From contig OZ243043.1 of NCBI GenBank assembly GCA_965212075.1, positions 158,797 to 222,796 on the forward strand: a DNA stretch of 64,000 nt, read 5' to 3'. The translations under genes and the position numbers were made by a program. A model generated the notes under the pieces. It was given only the letters and a program-made list of their open reading frames with translations, had not been told where the DNA came from and did not search any database. This document shows, in pieces, positions 38,620 to 48,239 of the stretch. This DNA comes from Alphaproteobacteria bacterium. GTDB taxonomy: Bacteria; Pseudomonadota; Alphaproteobacteria; JAPOUT01; G958296285. Numbering within the stretch: position 1 is the first letter of the stretch; each line of letters starts with the position of its first letter.

Positions 38620-39279
38620 TCACGCGGAAAAGAGATGAACGATTTTTCCGTCCCATTTTTTGCCACCTATTACATCGAGCATGAACGTCGCGCCGTCGCT
38701 GCGTCCGAGAAACATCTTTCCTGCCTGCTCGCCTTCGTTGCGGGGTAAATATCCCTTTTTTTCTTTTCTGTCGAGAAAAGCGGTGGGACGCACGATGATC
38801 ACCGCGCAATTTTCAGATTGAGCCTCAAGCGCGATTTTTTCTGCGGCTTCCATGTCGTCCCAAATTTTTCGTCCGATGCAGGCGATCAAGAATCTCGTAA
38901 CGAGCCTGCCGCCCGCAAACACAGACTCGCCGCAGCCAATAGAAGAAAGATGAACATATTTCTTGATCGGGTGTATCTTTATCGCCTCCGCGAGAATGCG
39001 TGTGCCGGCCTCGACGATGACCTCCTCCTTCGGCCTTGAGCCTAAACACGAAACCACAACATCAGCACCTTCCACGAGTCTGTTGACGGCGTTGGGATCA
39101 AGCACACTGCCCTCAATGGCGGTGAGGCGCTCTGAGGACACGCTGAGTTTAGATGGCGAGCGCGCCAGCGCCCTGACGATCATCCCGCGCCCGAGGGCAT
39201 CGCGCAGCACATAGCCGCCTACGCGTCCGGTGGCGCCGAGCAAGGCCACAACATTTTTCTCAATTTCAGGCGTCATCAT
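38620..39279 (-). CDS. NAD(P)H-binding (NmrA/atypical SDR) family protein
   Basis: 219 aa with an N-terminal Rossmann motif (LLGATGRVGGYVL). Confidence 0.75.
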   Translation of the reverse strand: MMTPEIEKNVVALLGATGRVGGYVLRDALGRGMIVRALARSPSKLSVSSERLTAIEGSVLDPNAVNRLVEGADVVVSCLGSRPKEEVIVEAGTRILAEAIKIHPIKKYVHLSSIGCGESVFAGGRLVTRFLIACIGRKIWDDMEAAEKIALEAQSENCAVIIVRPTAFLDRKEKKGYLPRNEGEQAGKMFLGRSDGATFMLDVIGGKKWDGKIVHLFSA

Positions 39280-39317
39280 ATATAATACAGCCCATTCGCA
39301 CAGGATTTCAAAGGTTT

Positions 39318-39929
39318 ATGATGGCCGACACCACTTCAAACAGAACGCTTTCGGATGAGGCGCTTGATCAGATTTTTCGCGCCGCGCGCACGCATAATGA
39401 CTGGCAGGACAAGCCCGTCAGCGACGATCTGCTCGCCCAGCTTTATGAAGTGATGAAATATGGGCCGACCAGCGCCAATTGCTCACCGGCGCGGATTATC
39501 TTTGTCAAAAGCGAGGCGGCCAAAGCGCGTCTGCTGCCTCACCTTTTGGAGACCAACCGCGCAAAGACGGAAAAAGCGCCGGTCTGCGCCATTATCGGCT
39601 ACGACCTTGAGTTTTACGAGCGCATACCGGAGCTTTTTCCGCATAATCCCGCCGCGCGCGGCTGGTTTGCCGGAAATGAAGATTTGGCGCGTGAGACGGC
39701 GTTTCGCAATGGCACTTTGCAGGGCGCTTATCTGATTTTGGCGGCACGCGCGCTGGGGCTGGATACCGGCCCGATGTCGGGGTTCAATCCGGCGGGCGTT
39801 GACGCCGAGTTTTTCCCTGATGGACAGGTGAAGTCAAATTTTTTATGCAATCTGGGTTATGGCGATTCCAGCGGCTTGTTTGAGCGCTCTCCGCGGCTCG
39901 CTTATGAAGATGCCTGCCAGATTATATGA
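39318..39929 (+). CDS. nitroreductase-family protein, malonic semialdehyde reductase RutE-like
   Basis: 203 aa with LDQIFRAARTHNDW, GPTSANCSPARIIFV and a C-terminal ...RSPRL pattern, as in the RutE/YdjA-type nitroreductase fold. Confidence 0.75.
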   Translation: MMADTTSNRTLSDEALDQIFRAARTHNDWQDKPVSDDLLAQLYEVMKYGPTSANCSPARIIFVKSEAAKARLLPHLLETNRAKTEKAPVCAIIGYDLEFYERIPELFPHNPAARGWFAGNEDLARETAFRNGTLQGAYLILAARALGLDTGPMSGFNPAGVDAEFFPDGQVKSNFLCNLGYGDSSGLFERSPRLAYEDACQII

Positions 39930-39946
39930 TATAAATATCGGGGGAT

Positions 39947-40330
39947 ATGATGATAAAAAAATTCTTATGTTTGTCTTTCGTCTGCGGGCTTATGCTGGCC
40001 TGCGCGCCGTCAAAATATATAGAGGTTTTTGAAAATAAATTTCTCTCGGCTTTGTCATCTGGCGAATATCAAAACCGGCGCGAGCACACTTTTGCGAAAT
40101 GCCGCCTTGAGGTGCTCAAAATATCCGTGCCAGCGCCGACATGCACGCCGGTCACCCAATGTGATGATGAGGGCAATAATTGCCGTGTGTCTAATTATTG
40201 CGATGATTGGGCGACCGACAGGGCTTTGAGCGAAAGGGAAGAGGCGCAGCTTTTGTGCATGAAAATTGCCGGATGGCGCGTGGTGAGGAAGCTGAATCCG
40301 GAATGGGTGGAATGGCAGAAAGTCCGTTAA
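39947..40330 (+). CDS. hypothetical Cys-rich lipoprotein
   Basis: 127 aa with a signal peptide and lipobox (LMLAC). The mature part has 7 additional Cys. No family was recognised. Confidence 0.5.
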   Translation: MMIKKFLCLSFVCGLMLACAPSKYIEVFENKFLSALSSGEYQNRREHTFAKCRLEVLKISVPAPTCTPVTQCDDEGNNCRVSNYCDDWATDRALSEREEAQLLCMKIAGWRVVRKLNPEWVEWQKVR

Positions 40331-40341
40331 GGGAGCAAGGG

Positions 40342-40842
40342 GTGCGCGATAGATTTATTCATAAATTTATTCGGGACAGCGTGGTTTTTTCGCTTTTGGC
40401 GATGTCTGTGATGGCCTGCACAAAGAGGATTCATACCGAGATTGAGATCAGCGCGCCGCGCGATGTTGTCTGGAAAATTCTTGCCGACATTGACGATTAT
40501 CCGAAATGGAATCCTTATCATCTCAAGGTTGAAGGGCGGCTGGCGCTAGGAGAGACGCTCAAAGTGTATATTCGCAAGCCCAATGGCGAAGAGGTTGAAA
40601 TTGAGCCTCATGTTATGGTGCTGAACAAGCTAGATCAATTATCTTGGGGCGGCGGCCTGCGGCCTTTATTTTATGGCCGCCATGATTTTATTTTAGAAGA
40701 GGTCGCGGAAAATAAAACGCGTTTGATTCACAAAGAGGTTTTTGAGGGTCTTGTTGTTCCTTTTGCAGCACTTGAGGCGATTGATGAAGGCTATGATCTT
40801 ATGAATCGCGCGCTCAAGGATTGGATTGAGGGAGGGAGATGA
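40342..40842 (+). CDS. SRPBCC-family (polyketide cyclase/START-like) lipoprotein
   Basis: The start is the in-frame GTG at 40342, after GGGAGCAAGGGG. The lipobox is VMAC. The SRPBCC-like core reads ISAPRDVVWKILADIDDYPKWNP. The ORF-track start at 40207 overlaps the previous gene. Confidence 0.65.
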   Translation: MRDRFIHKFIRDSVVFSLLAMSVMACTKRIHTEIEISAPRDVVWKILADIDDYPKWNPYHLKVEGRLALGETLKVYIRKPNGEEVEIEPHVMVLNKLDQLSWGGGLRPLFYGRHDFILEEVAENKTRLIHKEVFEGLVVPFAALEAIDEGYDLMNRALKDWIEGGR

Positions 40843-41356
40843 AGCGGAAAATGATGATTTTATTGATTGTGCTGCTGGCGTTAATTTTGGTTCCGCTGGC
40901 ATGGGGGGTCTTTAACTGGATATCGGTATCACCGCCGCGGGCGGCAAAGTGAAGTCGGCGCGGCGCATCATTGACGCTTTGACCCGCTCATTTTGGTTTT
41001 TCCTGCCGGATTTTTTGCGGCGCGAAGAGATCAGGCTGGCTTTTTTTGCTGACGGCAATAAGATTCCCGATTATTGGATTGGCGGCTGGAATATCGGCAC
41101 GTCCAAGGTTCAGGTCAAAGCGATGAACAACACGCCGTCGGAGCGATGGTGGGCGGGCGGCACAGCGCCCATGCTTGTCGTGCAGGGCATGAAGGACCGC
41201 ATCGCGCCGCCTGAACATACGGCGGTGCTGCTCAAAGCGGAGTTTGGCGCGCGGGTTCAGGTTGCCGAAATCCATGATGCCGGACACGCGCTCTTGCCCG
41301 AGCAAAGACAGGCCATCAGCGCGGCGGTGATTAGCTTTTTATCTGGAGGAAAATAA
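40839..41356 (+). pseudogene. remnant of an alpha/beta hydrolase paralog (N-terminal anchor plus C-terminal third; nucleophile region missing)
   Basis: A 37-codon ORF (MKRKMMILLIVLLALILVPLAWG...) runs from 40839 to 40952. A frame shift then leads into the 135-aa ORF 40949-41356. Its C-terminus (PMLVVQGMKDRIAPPEH...IHDAGHALLPEQ...ISFL) parallels the Asp/His end of the intact hydrolase at 41356-42327. No HG or GxSxG segment is present. Confidence 0.4.
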
Positions 41357-42327
41357 TGAGAATCATGAAAGTCATAGCAATATCTTTGCTTTCCGTTTTA
41401 GGCCTGCTCGTTTTGCTGGCGGCGGGGATGTTTTTTTATGCGCGCAGCGGTTTGAAGCCGCTCGATGACGAGGCGCGCCGTCTAGCACCGGGGAATTTTG
41501 TTCAGCTATCGCAAGGGCAGGTTCACTACCAATTTTTTGGCGAGGGCGAGGGCGAGGATAGGCCTTTGATTGTGCTGGTGCATGGATTTTCAACGCCGAG
41601 TTTTGTCTGGCGGGGTCTTGTGCCGCTTTTGACCGCGCGCGGCTTTCGGGTGCTGGCCTATGATCTTTATGGGCGCGGCTGGAGCGATCGGCCTGACGTC
41701 CGCCATGATGCGCAGCTTTATGAAGAGCAGCTTTTGGAGCTTCTGGCGGCGCTGCATATCAGGGGTCAAATGACTTTGGTCGGCTATTCTATGGGCGGCG
41801 CGATTGCGACGCATTTTTCTGTGCGCCATCCGCGTTTTGTGAAAAATCTTGTGCTGCTGGCTCCGGCGGGACTTTCGGTCGCTTCGGGAGGCACGGCGAT
41901 TTTTCAGCTGCCGATCATTGGCGACTGGGTGATGGCGGTCAGGGGACGGGAGTTTTTGCTTGAGGTGATGCGGCAGCCAGAAAATCAGGGCAAGGCGGTG
42001 CCGGACATCATCGCGCGCTATGAGCAGCAGATGGATTATGACGGCTATTTGTCGGCGCTTTTATCCACTTTGCGCTATTTCCCGCTCGGCGCTATGGAGG
42101 ACGAATATCGCGCGCTGGGGCGGCAGAATTTTCCGGTGCTTGCGGTGTTTGGCGGCCAAGATAATGTCGTGCCATTGTCAAATGTTGAGCGCCTCATCCC
42201 TTTGCTGCCGAATGGGCAATTTGCGATTTTTGATCGTGCGCATCATGCGCTCACTTATAGCGAGCCCGAACTTGTCGCCAAAGCGATGTTGAACTTCTTG
42301 TCCCCGATTCAGCGGAACGCCCAATAG
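41356..42327 (+). CDS. alpha/beta hydrolase
   Basis: 323 aa with an N-terminal anchor, the oxyanion motif LVHGFSTPSFVW, the nucleophile elbow GYSMGG, and a C-terminal His region (DRAHHAL). Confidence 0.85.
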   Translation: MRIMKVIAISLLSVLGLLVLLAAGMFFYARSGLKPLDDEARRLAPGNFVQLSQGQVHYQFFGEGEGEDRPLIVLVHGFSTPSFVWRGLVPLLTARGFRVLAYDLYGRGWSDRPDVRHDAQLYEEQLLELLAALHIRGQMTLVGYSMGGAIATHFSVRHPRFVKNLVLLAPAGLSVASGGTAIFQLPIIGDWVMAVRGREFLLEVMRQPENQGKAVPDIIARYEQQMDYDGYLSALLSTLRYFPLGAMEDEYRALGRQNFPVLAVFGGQDNVVPLSNVERLIPLLPNGQFAIFDRAHHALTYSEPELVAKAMLNFLSPIQRNAQ

Positions 42328-42695
42328 CGCGAGAGCAGGAACGTCATGAGCGGCGTGATGAAGATCATCAAAGGCAGCACATAGAAATCGGGCTGGGCGA
42401 GCTTCGTGATCACGACAAACACGAAAAGCGCATTGAGCGCATAGCCGGATAAAGCGACGATGAGAAAACGCGGCATCGTTTGCCCTATAGTTTGCGCGCC
42501 GTTTTTTTGGAATGTCCAGAAATAATGGCCGCTCCACGACAAAAGAAAGGCGAGGATAAAAGCGGCGAGATTGCTTGCCTGCTCTGTCCAGCCGAGCAGG
42601 CGCAAGATTAAGATGAAAGCCAGCGCGTGAGATAAAGTCGCGGCGATCCCGACCACGCCGAATTTAAAGATCTGGCCGAGCGTTTCACGCTTCAT
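42309..42695 (-). CDS. GtrA-family membrane protein
   Basis: 128 aa with four TM segments. The N-terminus QIFKFGVVGIAATLSHALAF is typical of GtrA. Confidence 0.75.
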   Translation of the reverse strand: MKRETLGQIFKFGVVGIAATLSHALAFILILRLLGWTEQASNLAAFILAFLLSWSGHYFWTFQKNGAQTIGQTMPRFLIVALSGYALNALFVFVVITKLAQPDFYVLPLMIFITPLMTFLLSRYWAFR

Positions 42696-43650
42696 CTTTG
42701 CGGTAATTTTTGTGGTAATTTTTGCGGATGATATAAAGAGGCCGTCTTTTGGTTTCGGTGAAAGCGCGGCTGATATATTCGCCCAAGAGGCCGATGCCGA
42801 TCATATTGATTCCGCCGGTGAGCAGCATCACGACCATCAAAGAGGCATAGCCCGGCACATCGGCGCCATAGATCAAAGTGCTCGCGATGATGAATCCCGC
42901 AAAGCCTGTCGCGGTTAGCGCGATGAAGAAACCCAATATCGTCCAGATGCGCAGCGGCATGGTTGAAAAGGAAACCAGCGCATCAAGGGCGAGCATAAAA
43001 AGCTGGATGAAGCGCCAGCGCGATCGGCGCTTTGTCAGCGCTTTTTGATAGGGCAGAATGTGCTGTTGAAATCCGAGCCATGCAAAGAGGCCTTTATTGA
43101 AACGGGTGCGCTCGCCCAATTGGCGATAGGCTTCCACGACGCGGCGATCAAACAGGCGGAAGTCTCCAGCGTGGGGGACGAGCTTCGTGTCGCCAATATA
43201 ATTGAATATGCGGTAGAACCAGTCTGACGATCGATAATGTATGCTCACATTCTGGCCGACGACCATATCCGCGCCATCGCGCCAATGTTTGATGAATTCG
43301 GGGATGGTTTCGGGCGGGTCCTGCAGATCGGCGTCCATCGTGATGACCGCTCTGCCGCGCGCATGATGCATGCCGGCGGCTAAGGCCGCTTCCTTGCCGA
43401 AATTGCGCGATAGATCAATAACGCCTATGCGCTCATCCGTGCTCATAGATTTGAGCAGCCGCGCGAGCGTATCGTCTTTGCTGCCATCATTGACGAACAG
43501 AATTTCCGTCGTGAGATCCAGCGCGTCAATCACGGCGGCGAGGCGCTCAAGCAGCGGCTTGATCTGTTCCGCCTCATCTTTAACCGGAATAACGATGGAT
43601 AAAGCTATATCGGAGTCTATATCAGGATTTATGTCAGATCGCGCAGCCAT
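42685..43650 (-). CDS. family 2 glycosyltransferase (polyprenyl-phosphate glycosyltransferase, ArnC/GtrB-like)
   Basis: 321 aa with SIVIPVKDEAE, VNDGSKDDT and the DXD region ITMDADLQDPPE, plus two C-terminal TM helices. Confidence 0.85.
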   Translation of the reverse strand: MAARSDINPDIDSDIALSIVIPVKDEAEQIKPLLERLAAVIDALDLTTEILFVNDGSKDDTLARLLKSMSTDERIGVIDLSRNFGKEAALAAGMHHARGRAVITMDADLQDPPETIPEFIKHWRDGADMVVGQNVSIHYRSSDWFYRIFNYIGDTKLVPHAGDFRLFDRRVVEAYRQLGERTRFNKGLFAWLGFQQHILPYQKALTKRRSRWRFIQLFMLALDALVSFSTMPLRIWTILGFFIALTATGFAGFIIASTLIYGADVPGYASLMVVMLLTGGINMIGIGLLGEYISRAFTETKRRPLYIIRKNYHKNYRKDEA

Positions 43651-43704
43651 AAGATTATGATATAGAGCTGATGAAGGTAAAGATTCAGATAACGGGGATC
43701 AGGC

Positions 43705-45165
43705 ATGACAGTTGAAACCGCGCAGCGCGCTATGGCTTGGGTGATGTTGGCCTTCGTCATTTTATGGACGGCCAGCGCTTTTTTGGCTCATCAAACGCCG
43801 CCTTTGGATATTCTTGAGGGCTTGATCTGGGGCAATGAATGGCTTTGGGGCACCGAAAAGCATCCGCCTTTGCCGGCATGGCTGATAGAGATTTCTTGGC
43901 AGATTGGCGGAATGATTGGCGTTTATTTTTTGGCGAGCGCGGCTCTGGCTTTGGGTCTGTGGTTTGTATTTTTATTGGGCTGCCGCTTCGTGAGTGTTGA
44001 AAGGGCATTTTTGGGCGCGTTATTGCTGTTGGGCTTGTTTTATTATTTATGGCCGGTTCCGGAGTTTAATCACAATACGGCGCAGATACCGCTCTGGGCG
44101 GCGGTGATTTTTTTGTTTGAACGATGTTTGACCGACCGGCGGATTCACTTTTGGCTATTGCTGGGCATGGCGGCGGCGTTATGTGTGCTGACGAAATATA
44201 CTTCTTTGTTTTTACTTTTCTGTGTGCCGGTCTGGCTGCTGCTTGACGGCGAAGCGCGCCGTCAATTATGGACGTTCGGGCCTTGGGCGAGCCTATTTTT
44301 ATTTTTGGCGCTGATCGCGCCGCATCTGAATTTTCTTGTGCAGAATGATTTTTCGCCTTGGGTAAATGCGCTCGAGCGCGCCAGCGAGGGTCATTCGGTT
44401 TTTTGGTTTTTGCTGGCGCAGGGGTTCAATCATTTGCCGATGATTTTGATTTTGGGCATGGCCGGATTTTTTGGCCGCGGTGCGATGATGTCGCAGGCTC
44501 TATCGCGCGCTGATCGTTTTTTGCTGTTTTTTGCTTTTGCGCCTTTGATTTTGTTTGCTGCTGTGCTGGGTGTTTCGGGGGCGGGGTTTCGCTCAATGTG
44601 GGGCGCGCCCTTTTTTATGCTTTCGGGCTTGCTGCTGATGCGGTTTTTTGGTGCGCGCTGGACAGAAGCGCGTGCGCGCAGAATCGTTTATGGCGCGAGC
44701 GCATTACTGGTTTTAGCGCCTTTATGTTATAGCGCGGTGATTGCAGGCCGGAGCTTGGTTTCGGCTGATTATAAGCGGGAACATTGGCCGCAAAGCGAAA
44801 TCAGTGCGCAGGTGGAACGACATTACCGCGCGCAAGCCGCAGATCGTCCGCTTAAGGTGATTGTTGGCCGCGTGGAGATTGCCGGTCTTGCCGCGATGGG
44901 CATCAGGGCTGGCCAAAAGACGATCAGGGCGCGCCCGTCAGTTTTGATTGAAGGTGATTTTGCGGTGTCTCCATGGATCAAAAAAGACAATATATGCCGC
45001 GCGACGATCATCATCTGGAAAGGGACAGCACCCCAAGAGGAGTTTCAGTCCATCATCGCCTTATGTGATCGCACAGCAAAGATCACGAAGTTAGAGTTTC
45101 CGATCGCTGGATTTCAGGCAGCAAAGCCGCTCATTTTGCATATGGTTGTGCTGGCCGAAAATTAA
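43705..45165 (+). CDS. family 39 glycosyltransferase (ArnT/PMT-like, polytopic)
   Basis: 486 aa with about 10 TM segments. An early periplasmic loop carries EKHPPLPAW, as in ArnT/PMT_2 proteins. It is divergent from the GT2-GtrA pair. Confidence 0.75.
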   Translation: MTVETAQRAMAWVMLAFVILWTASAFLAHQTPPLDILEGLIWGNEWLWGTEKHPPLPAWLIEISWQIGGMIGVYFLASAALALGLWFVFLLGCRFVSVERAFLGALLLLGLFYYLWPVPEFNHNTAQIPLWAAVIFLFERCLTDRRIHFWLLLGMAAALCVLTKYTSLFLLFCVPVWLLLDGEARRQLWTFGPWASLFLFLALIAPHLNFLVQNDFSPWVNALERASEGHSVFWFLLAQGFNHLPMILILGMAGFFGRGAMMSQALSRADRFLLFFAFAPLILFAAVLGVSGAGFRSMWGAPFFMLSGLLLMRFFGARWTEARARRIVYGASALLVLAPLCYSAVIAGRSLVSADYKREHWPQSEISAQVERHYRAQAADRPLKVIVGRVEIAGLAAMGIRAGQKTIRARPSVLIEGDFAVSPWIKKDNICRATIIIWKGTAPQEEFQSIIALCDRTAKITKLEFPIAGFQAAKPLILHMVVLAEN

Positions 45166-45398
45166 TCGTCATCTTGCTGGCGCACGAAGGTGACGGCGTA
45201 ATAGGTTTCGCCGTCAAACAGCGGCTCGGCCTCGCCCAGCCCGTCGGTGAGAAAGAACTTTCTCGGCGTCACGCGCCCTTCCAAGCGATAACCTTTGGCG
45301 CTCATATTACGGCGGTGAAATTCCATCGCTGCGGGGGTGAATTCACGCGCGAGCACGGTGATCCGTTCGGGCAGCTGGTCTTGATCTTGGTCGGCCAT
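45162..45398 (-). CDS. hypothetical small acidic protein (78 aa)
   Basis: The ORF sits between msrA and the GT39 stop (4-nt overlap) on the same strand as msrA. No family was recognised. Confidence 0.4.
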   Translation of the reverse strand: MADQDQDQLPERITVLAREFTPAAMEFHRRNMSAKGYRLEGRVTPRKFFLTDGLGEAEPLFDGETYYAVTFVRQQDDD

Positions 45399-45403
45399 AA
45401 AAG

Positions 45404-45868
45404 TCAGGCTCCTATAGGTTGCGCGCGTTTTTGAATATAATTTTGGTGATAGTCCTCAGCCGGAAAGAATTTCGGCGCGGGCAGGATTTCGGTGACGATG
45501 CGGCGGCCTTGCTCGATCAATGTCTGCTTGGCGGCTTGGGCTTGGGCTAATTGGTCTTCGTCATCGCAGAAGATCGCCGAGCGATATTGCGTGCCGATAT
45601 CCGGACCTTGGCGATTTAAGGTCGTCGGGTCATGGCAGGCCCAAAAGACTTTCAACAAAGCGGCGAAACTGGTTTGGGAGGAATCAAAGGCGATCTGCAC
45701 GGCTTCGACATGGCCGGTCGTGCCGGAGCAGACCTGTTCATAAGAAGGCGCATCGCCGCTACCGCCCATATAGCCGACTTGGGTCGCGATCACGCCGGGC
45801 TGCTTTTGGAATGTAGCTTCCACACCCCAGAAACATCCGGCGGCGAAATATGTCTTGCTCTGGCTCAT
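45404..45868 (-). CDS. msrA: peptide-methionine (S)-S-oxide reductase
   Basis: 154 aa with the catalytic GCFWG motif, GHVEAVQI, and DPTTLNRQGPDIGTQYRS. Confidence 0.9.
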   Translation of the reverse strand: MSQSKTYFAAGCFWGVEATFQKQPGVIATQVGYMGGSGDAPSYEQVCSGTTGHVEAVQIAFDSSQTSFAALLKVFWACHDPTTLNRQGPDIGTQYRSAIFCDDEDQLAQAQAAKQTLIEQGRRIVTEILPAPKFFPAEDYHQNYIQKRAQPIGA

Positions 45869-45889
45869 GCGGCGAGTATGGCCGAGATT

Positions 45890-47023
45890 TTAGAAACCTT
45901 CAAGAGTCGCAAAGCGGTCGCGATGATATTGCGCATTGCCAAAGGTGGCGGCGGCGACGCGCGCACGTTTGAGGTAGAGGCCGATATCGGACTCGTCGGT
46001 CATGCCCATGCCGCCATGCATCTGGACAGCTTCATTGGTGACGAGTCGCGCGCAGGCGGCCAGCCTCGCTTTGGCGTGGCTCGCCATGGTGGGGATATTG
46101 TTGCGCCGCTCCTGCGCAGCACTTGCCGCGCTGCGGGCGACGGAATGGGCCAGCTCAATTTCACAAAACATCTGCGCGGCGCGATGTTTGAGCGCTTGGA
46201 ATGATCCGATGATCTCACCAAATTGTTTGCGCTCTTTGATGTAGGCGAGGGTCTGCTCGAAGGCTGCGCGCGCGCCGCCTAACATTTCGCAGGCGATGCC
46301 GATGCGCGCAAGATCAAGGACTGGCTCGAGAATATCAGCGCCGTCGCCGATCTGGCCAATGATCTGGTCATCGCGCGCGGCGACATTGTCGGCAGAGATG
46401 AGCGCATAATTGCGGCTGTCGGCAAGATGAAGAGGCTCGCGCTTGACTTGCGCAGCATCAAGCAAAAAGAGCGTAATGCCTGTGCGCTCATGTCCGGCGC
46501 CCGATGTCCGCGCCGCAAAAATAATATGATCCGCCGCCCAGCCATCAATGACGAAAGTTTTATCTCCTGAAATTTTGAACCCCTTATCTGATTTTTCTGC
46601 CCTCGCCTTAATGCTGTTAGGCGCGTGATGTGCGCCTTCGTCAAGGGCGAGCGCGAGCACAATTTCACCGGCGGCGATTTTCGGGAGGATGTTTTGCTTG
46701 TGTGCAGCGCTGCCGCCCAAAATAAGCGCGCTCGCCCCGATCAAAGCGGTGGATAGCAAAGGCGAAGGGGCGAGCGTGCGTCCGGCCTCTTCAAGGGCGA
46801 GACAGAGTCCAAGAAAGCCAAAGTTTGTGCCGCCATACTCTTCGTCGATCAATGTGCCGGTGAGGCCGAGTTCGGCCATCTCCTGCCATAATTTTGGATC
46901 AAAGCCGGTCGGGTTTTTTTGATCGCGCAGTTGGCGCAGATGCGCGACCGGCATTTTTTCCTGAAAGAAGCGGCGCGCGACATCTTGCAGCATGGTCTGT
47001 TCTTCGTTGAGTGTGAACGCCAT
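45890..47023 (-). CDS. acyl-CoA dehydrogenase family protein
   Basis: 377 aa with the ACAD N/M/C pattern and a C-terminus ending in HGGMGMTDESDIGLYLKRAR. Confidence 0.85.
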   Translation of the reverse strand: MAFTLNEEQTMLQDVARRFFQEKMPVAHLRQLRDQKNPTGFDPKLWQEMAELGLTGTLIDEEYGGTNFGFLGLCLALEEAGRTLAPSPLLSTALIGASALILGGSAAHKQNILPKIAAGEIVLALALDEGAHHAPNSIKARAEKSDKGFKISGDKTFVIDGWAADHIIFAARTSGAGHERTGITLFLLDAAQVKREPLHLADSRNYALISADNVAARDDQIIGQIGDGADILEPVLDLARIGIACEMLGGARAAFEQTLAYIKERKQFGEIIGSFQALKHRAAQMFCEIELAHSVARSAASAAQERRNNIPTMASHAKARLAACARLVTNEAVQMHGGMGMTDESDIGLYLKRARVAAATFGNAQYHRDRFATLEGF

Positions 47024-47051
47024 TATCTCCCCCTTTTATTTTTTAATTGGA

Positions 47052-48236
47052 TTAGTCGGGCAGGCCGAGAACGCGCTTGGCGATGATGTTGAGCTGCACT
47101 TCGGATGTTCCGCCTTCAATGGAATTGCCTTTTGAGCGCAGCCATGAGCGGGTTTGGCCAAGCTCGTGATCGGAAAAGCCGGCGCCTTCCCAGCCCAAGC
47201 CCTGCACGCCCATCATCTCAATGAGCGCTTCATTGCTGCGCTTATTATGCTCGGCGCCAAAGAATTTGATGATGGAAGTCGCCGCCGAAGGGCCGGCTTT
47301 GGATTCTTCCTGCACGCGGCGGATGGTCAGAGCAAAGGCCGCGCCGTCCATTTTTAATTGCGCGATCTCTTTGCGCATGGCCTCATCTTTGACCTGTCCG
47401 TCTTTTTCGCCCAGATAATCTTTGGCGATCTGCTCCATAGCGGTGCCGCCGCCGCCCGCGATGGAACCGCCGAAATCGGAGATGGCATTGCGCTCAAATT
47501 GCAGCAGCCTCTTGGCGACCGTCCAGCCTTTATTGAGATCATGGACGAGGTTTTTTTTGGGCACTTTGACATTGGTGAAAAAAGTCTCGCAAAAGGGCGA
47601 GGAGCCGGAGATCAATTTGATCGGCTTGGTTTCGACGCCTTCGCTGGCCATATCAAAGAGGAGAAAGGAGATGCCGTCATGTTTTTTTGTCGTGTCGGTG
47701 CGCACGAGGCAGAAGATCCAGTCGGCATGGTTGGCGTAGGATGTCCAAATTTTTTGTCCATTGACAAGGTAATGGTCGCCTTTATCTTCGGCGCGGGTTT
47801 GCAGTCCGGCGAGGTCGGAGCCCGCGCCGGGTTCGGAATAGCCCTGACACCAGCGAATCTCGCCGCGCACGATTTTGGGGAGGTGCTCTTTTTTCTGCTC
47901 CTCATTGGCGAATTCCAGCAAGGCCGGGCCGAGCATCCAGATGCCGAAGCTCAGCAGAGCGGGTCGCGCATGGATGCGCGCCAATTCTTCGCCGAGAATT
48001 TTGGCCTCGTCGCGCGACAGGCCGCCGCCGCCATATTCTTTTGGCCAGAGCGGCGCGGTCCAGCCTTGTGAGGCCATAGCGTCGAGCCATTGTTTGCTTT
48101 CGGGGTTTGCGTAGGAGGCTTTGCGTCCGCCCCAGATTTGATCGCTTTCGGCCTTCATCGGGGTGCGCATGGAAGGCGGGCAGTTATCGTCCAGCCAAGC
48201 GCGCGCGTCTTGACGAAATGCCTCAAGATCGCTCAT
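47052..48236 (-). CDS. acyl-CoA dehydrogenase family protein
   Basis: 394 aa with the middle-domain motif WCQGYSEPGAGSDLAGLQT and a C-terminus IEGGTSEVQLNIIAKRVLGLP, typical of ACADs. Confidence 0.85.
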   Translation of the reverse strand: MSDLEAFRQDARAWLDDNCPPSMRTPMKAESDQIWGGRKASYANPESKQWLDAMASQGWTAPLWPKEYGGGGLSRDEAKILGEELARIHARPALLSFGIWMLGPALLEFANEEQKKEHLPKIVRGEIRWCQGYSEPGAGSDLAGLQTRAEDKGDHYLVNGQKIWTSYANHADWIFCLVRTDTTKKHDGISFLLFDMASEGVETKPIKLISGSSPFCETFFTNVKVPKKNLVHDLNKGWTVAKRLLQFERNAISDFGGSIAGGGGTAMEQIAKDYLGEKDGQVKDEAMRKEIAQLKMDGAAFALTIRRVQEESKAGPSAATSIIKFFGAEHNKRSNEALIEMMGVQGLGWEGAGFSDHELGQTRSWLRSKGNSIEGGTSEVQLNIIAKRVLGLPD

Positions 48237-48239
48237 GCG

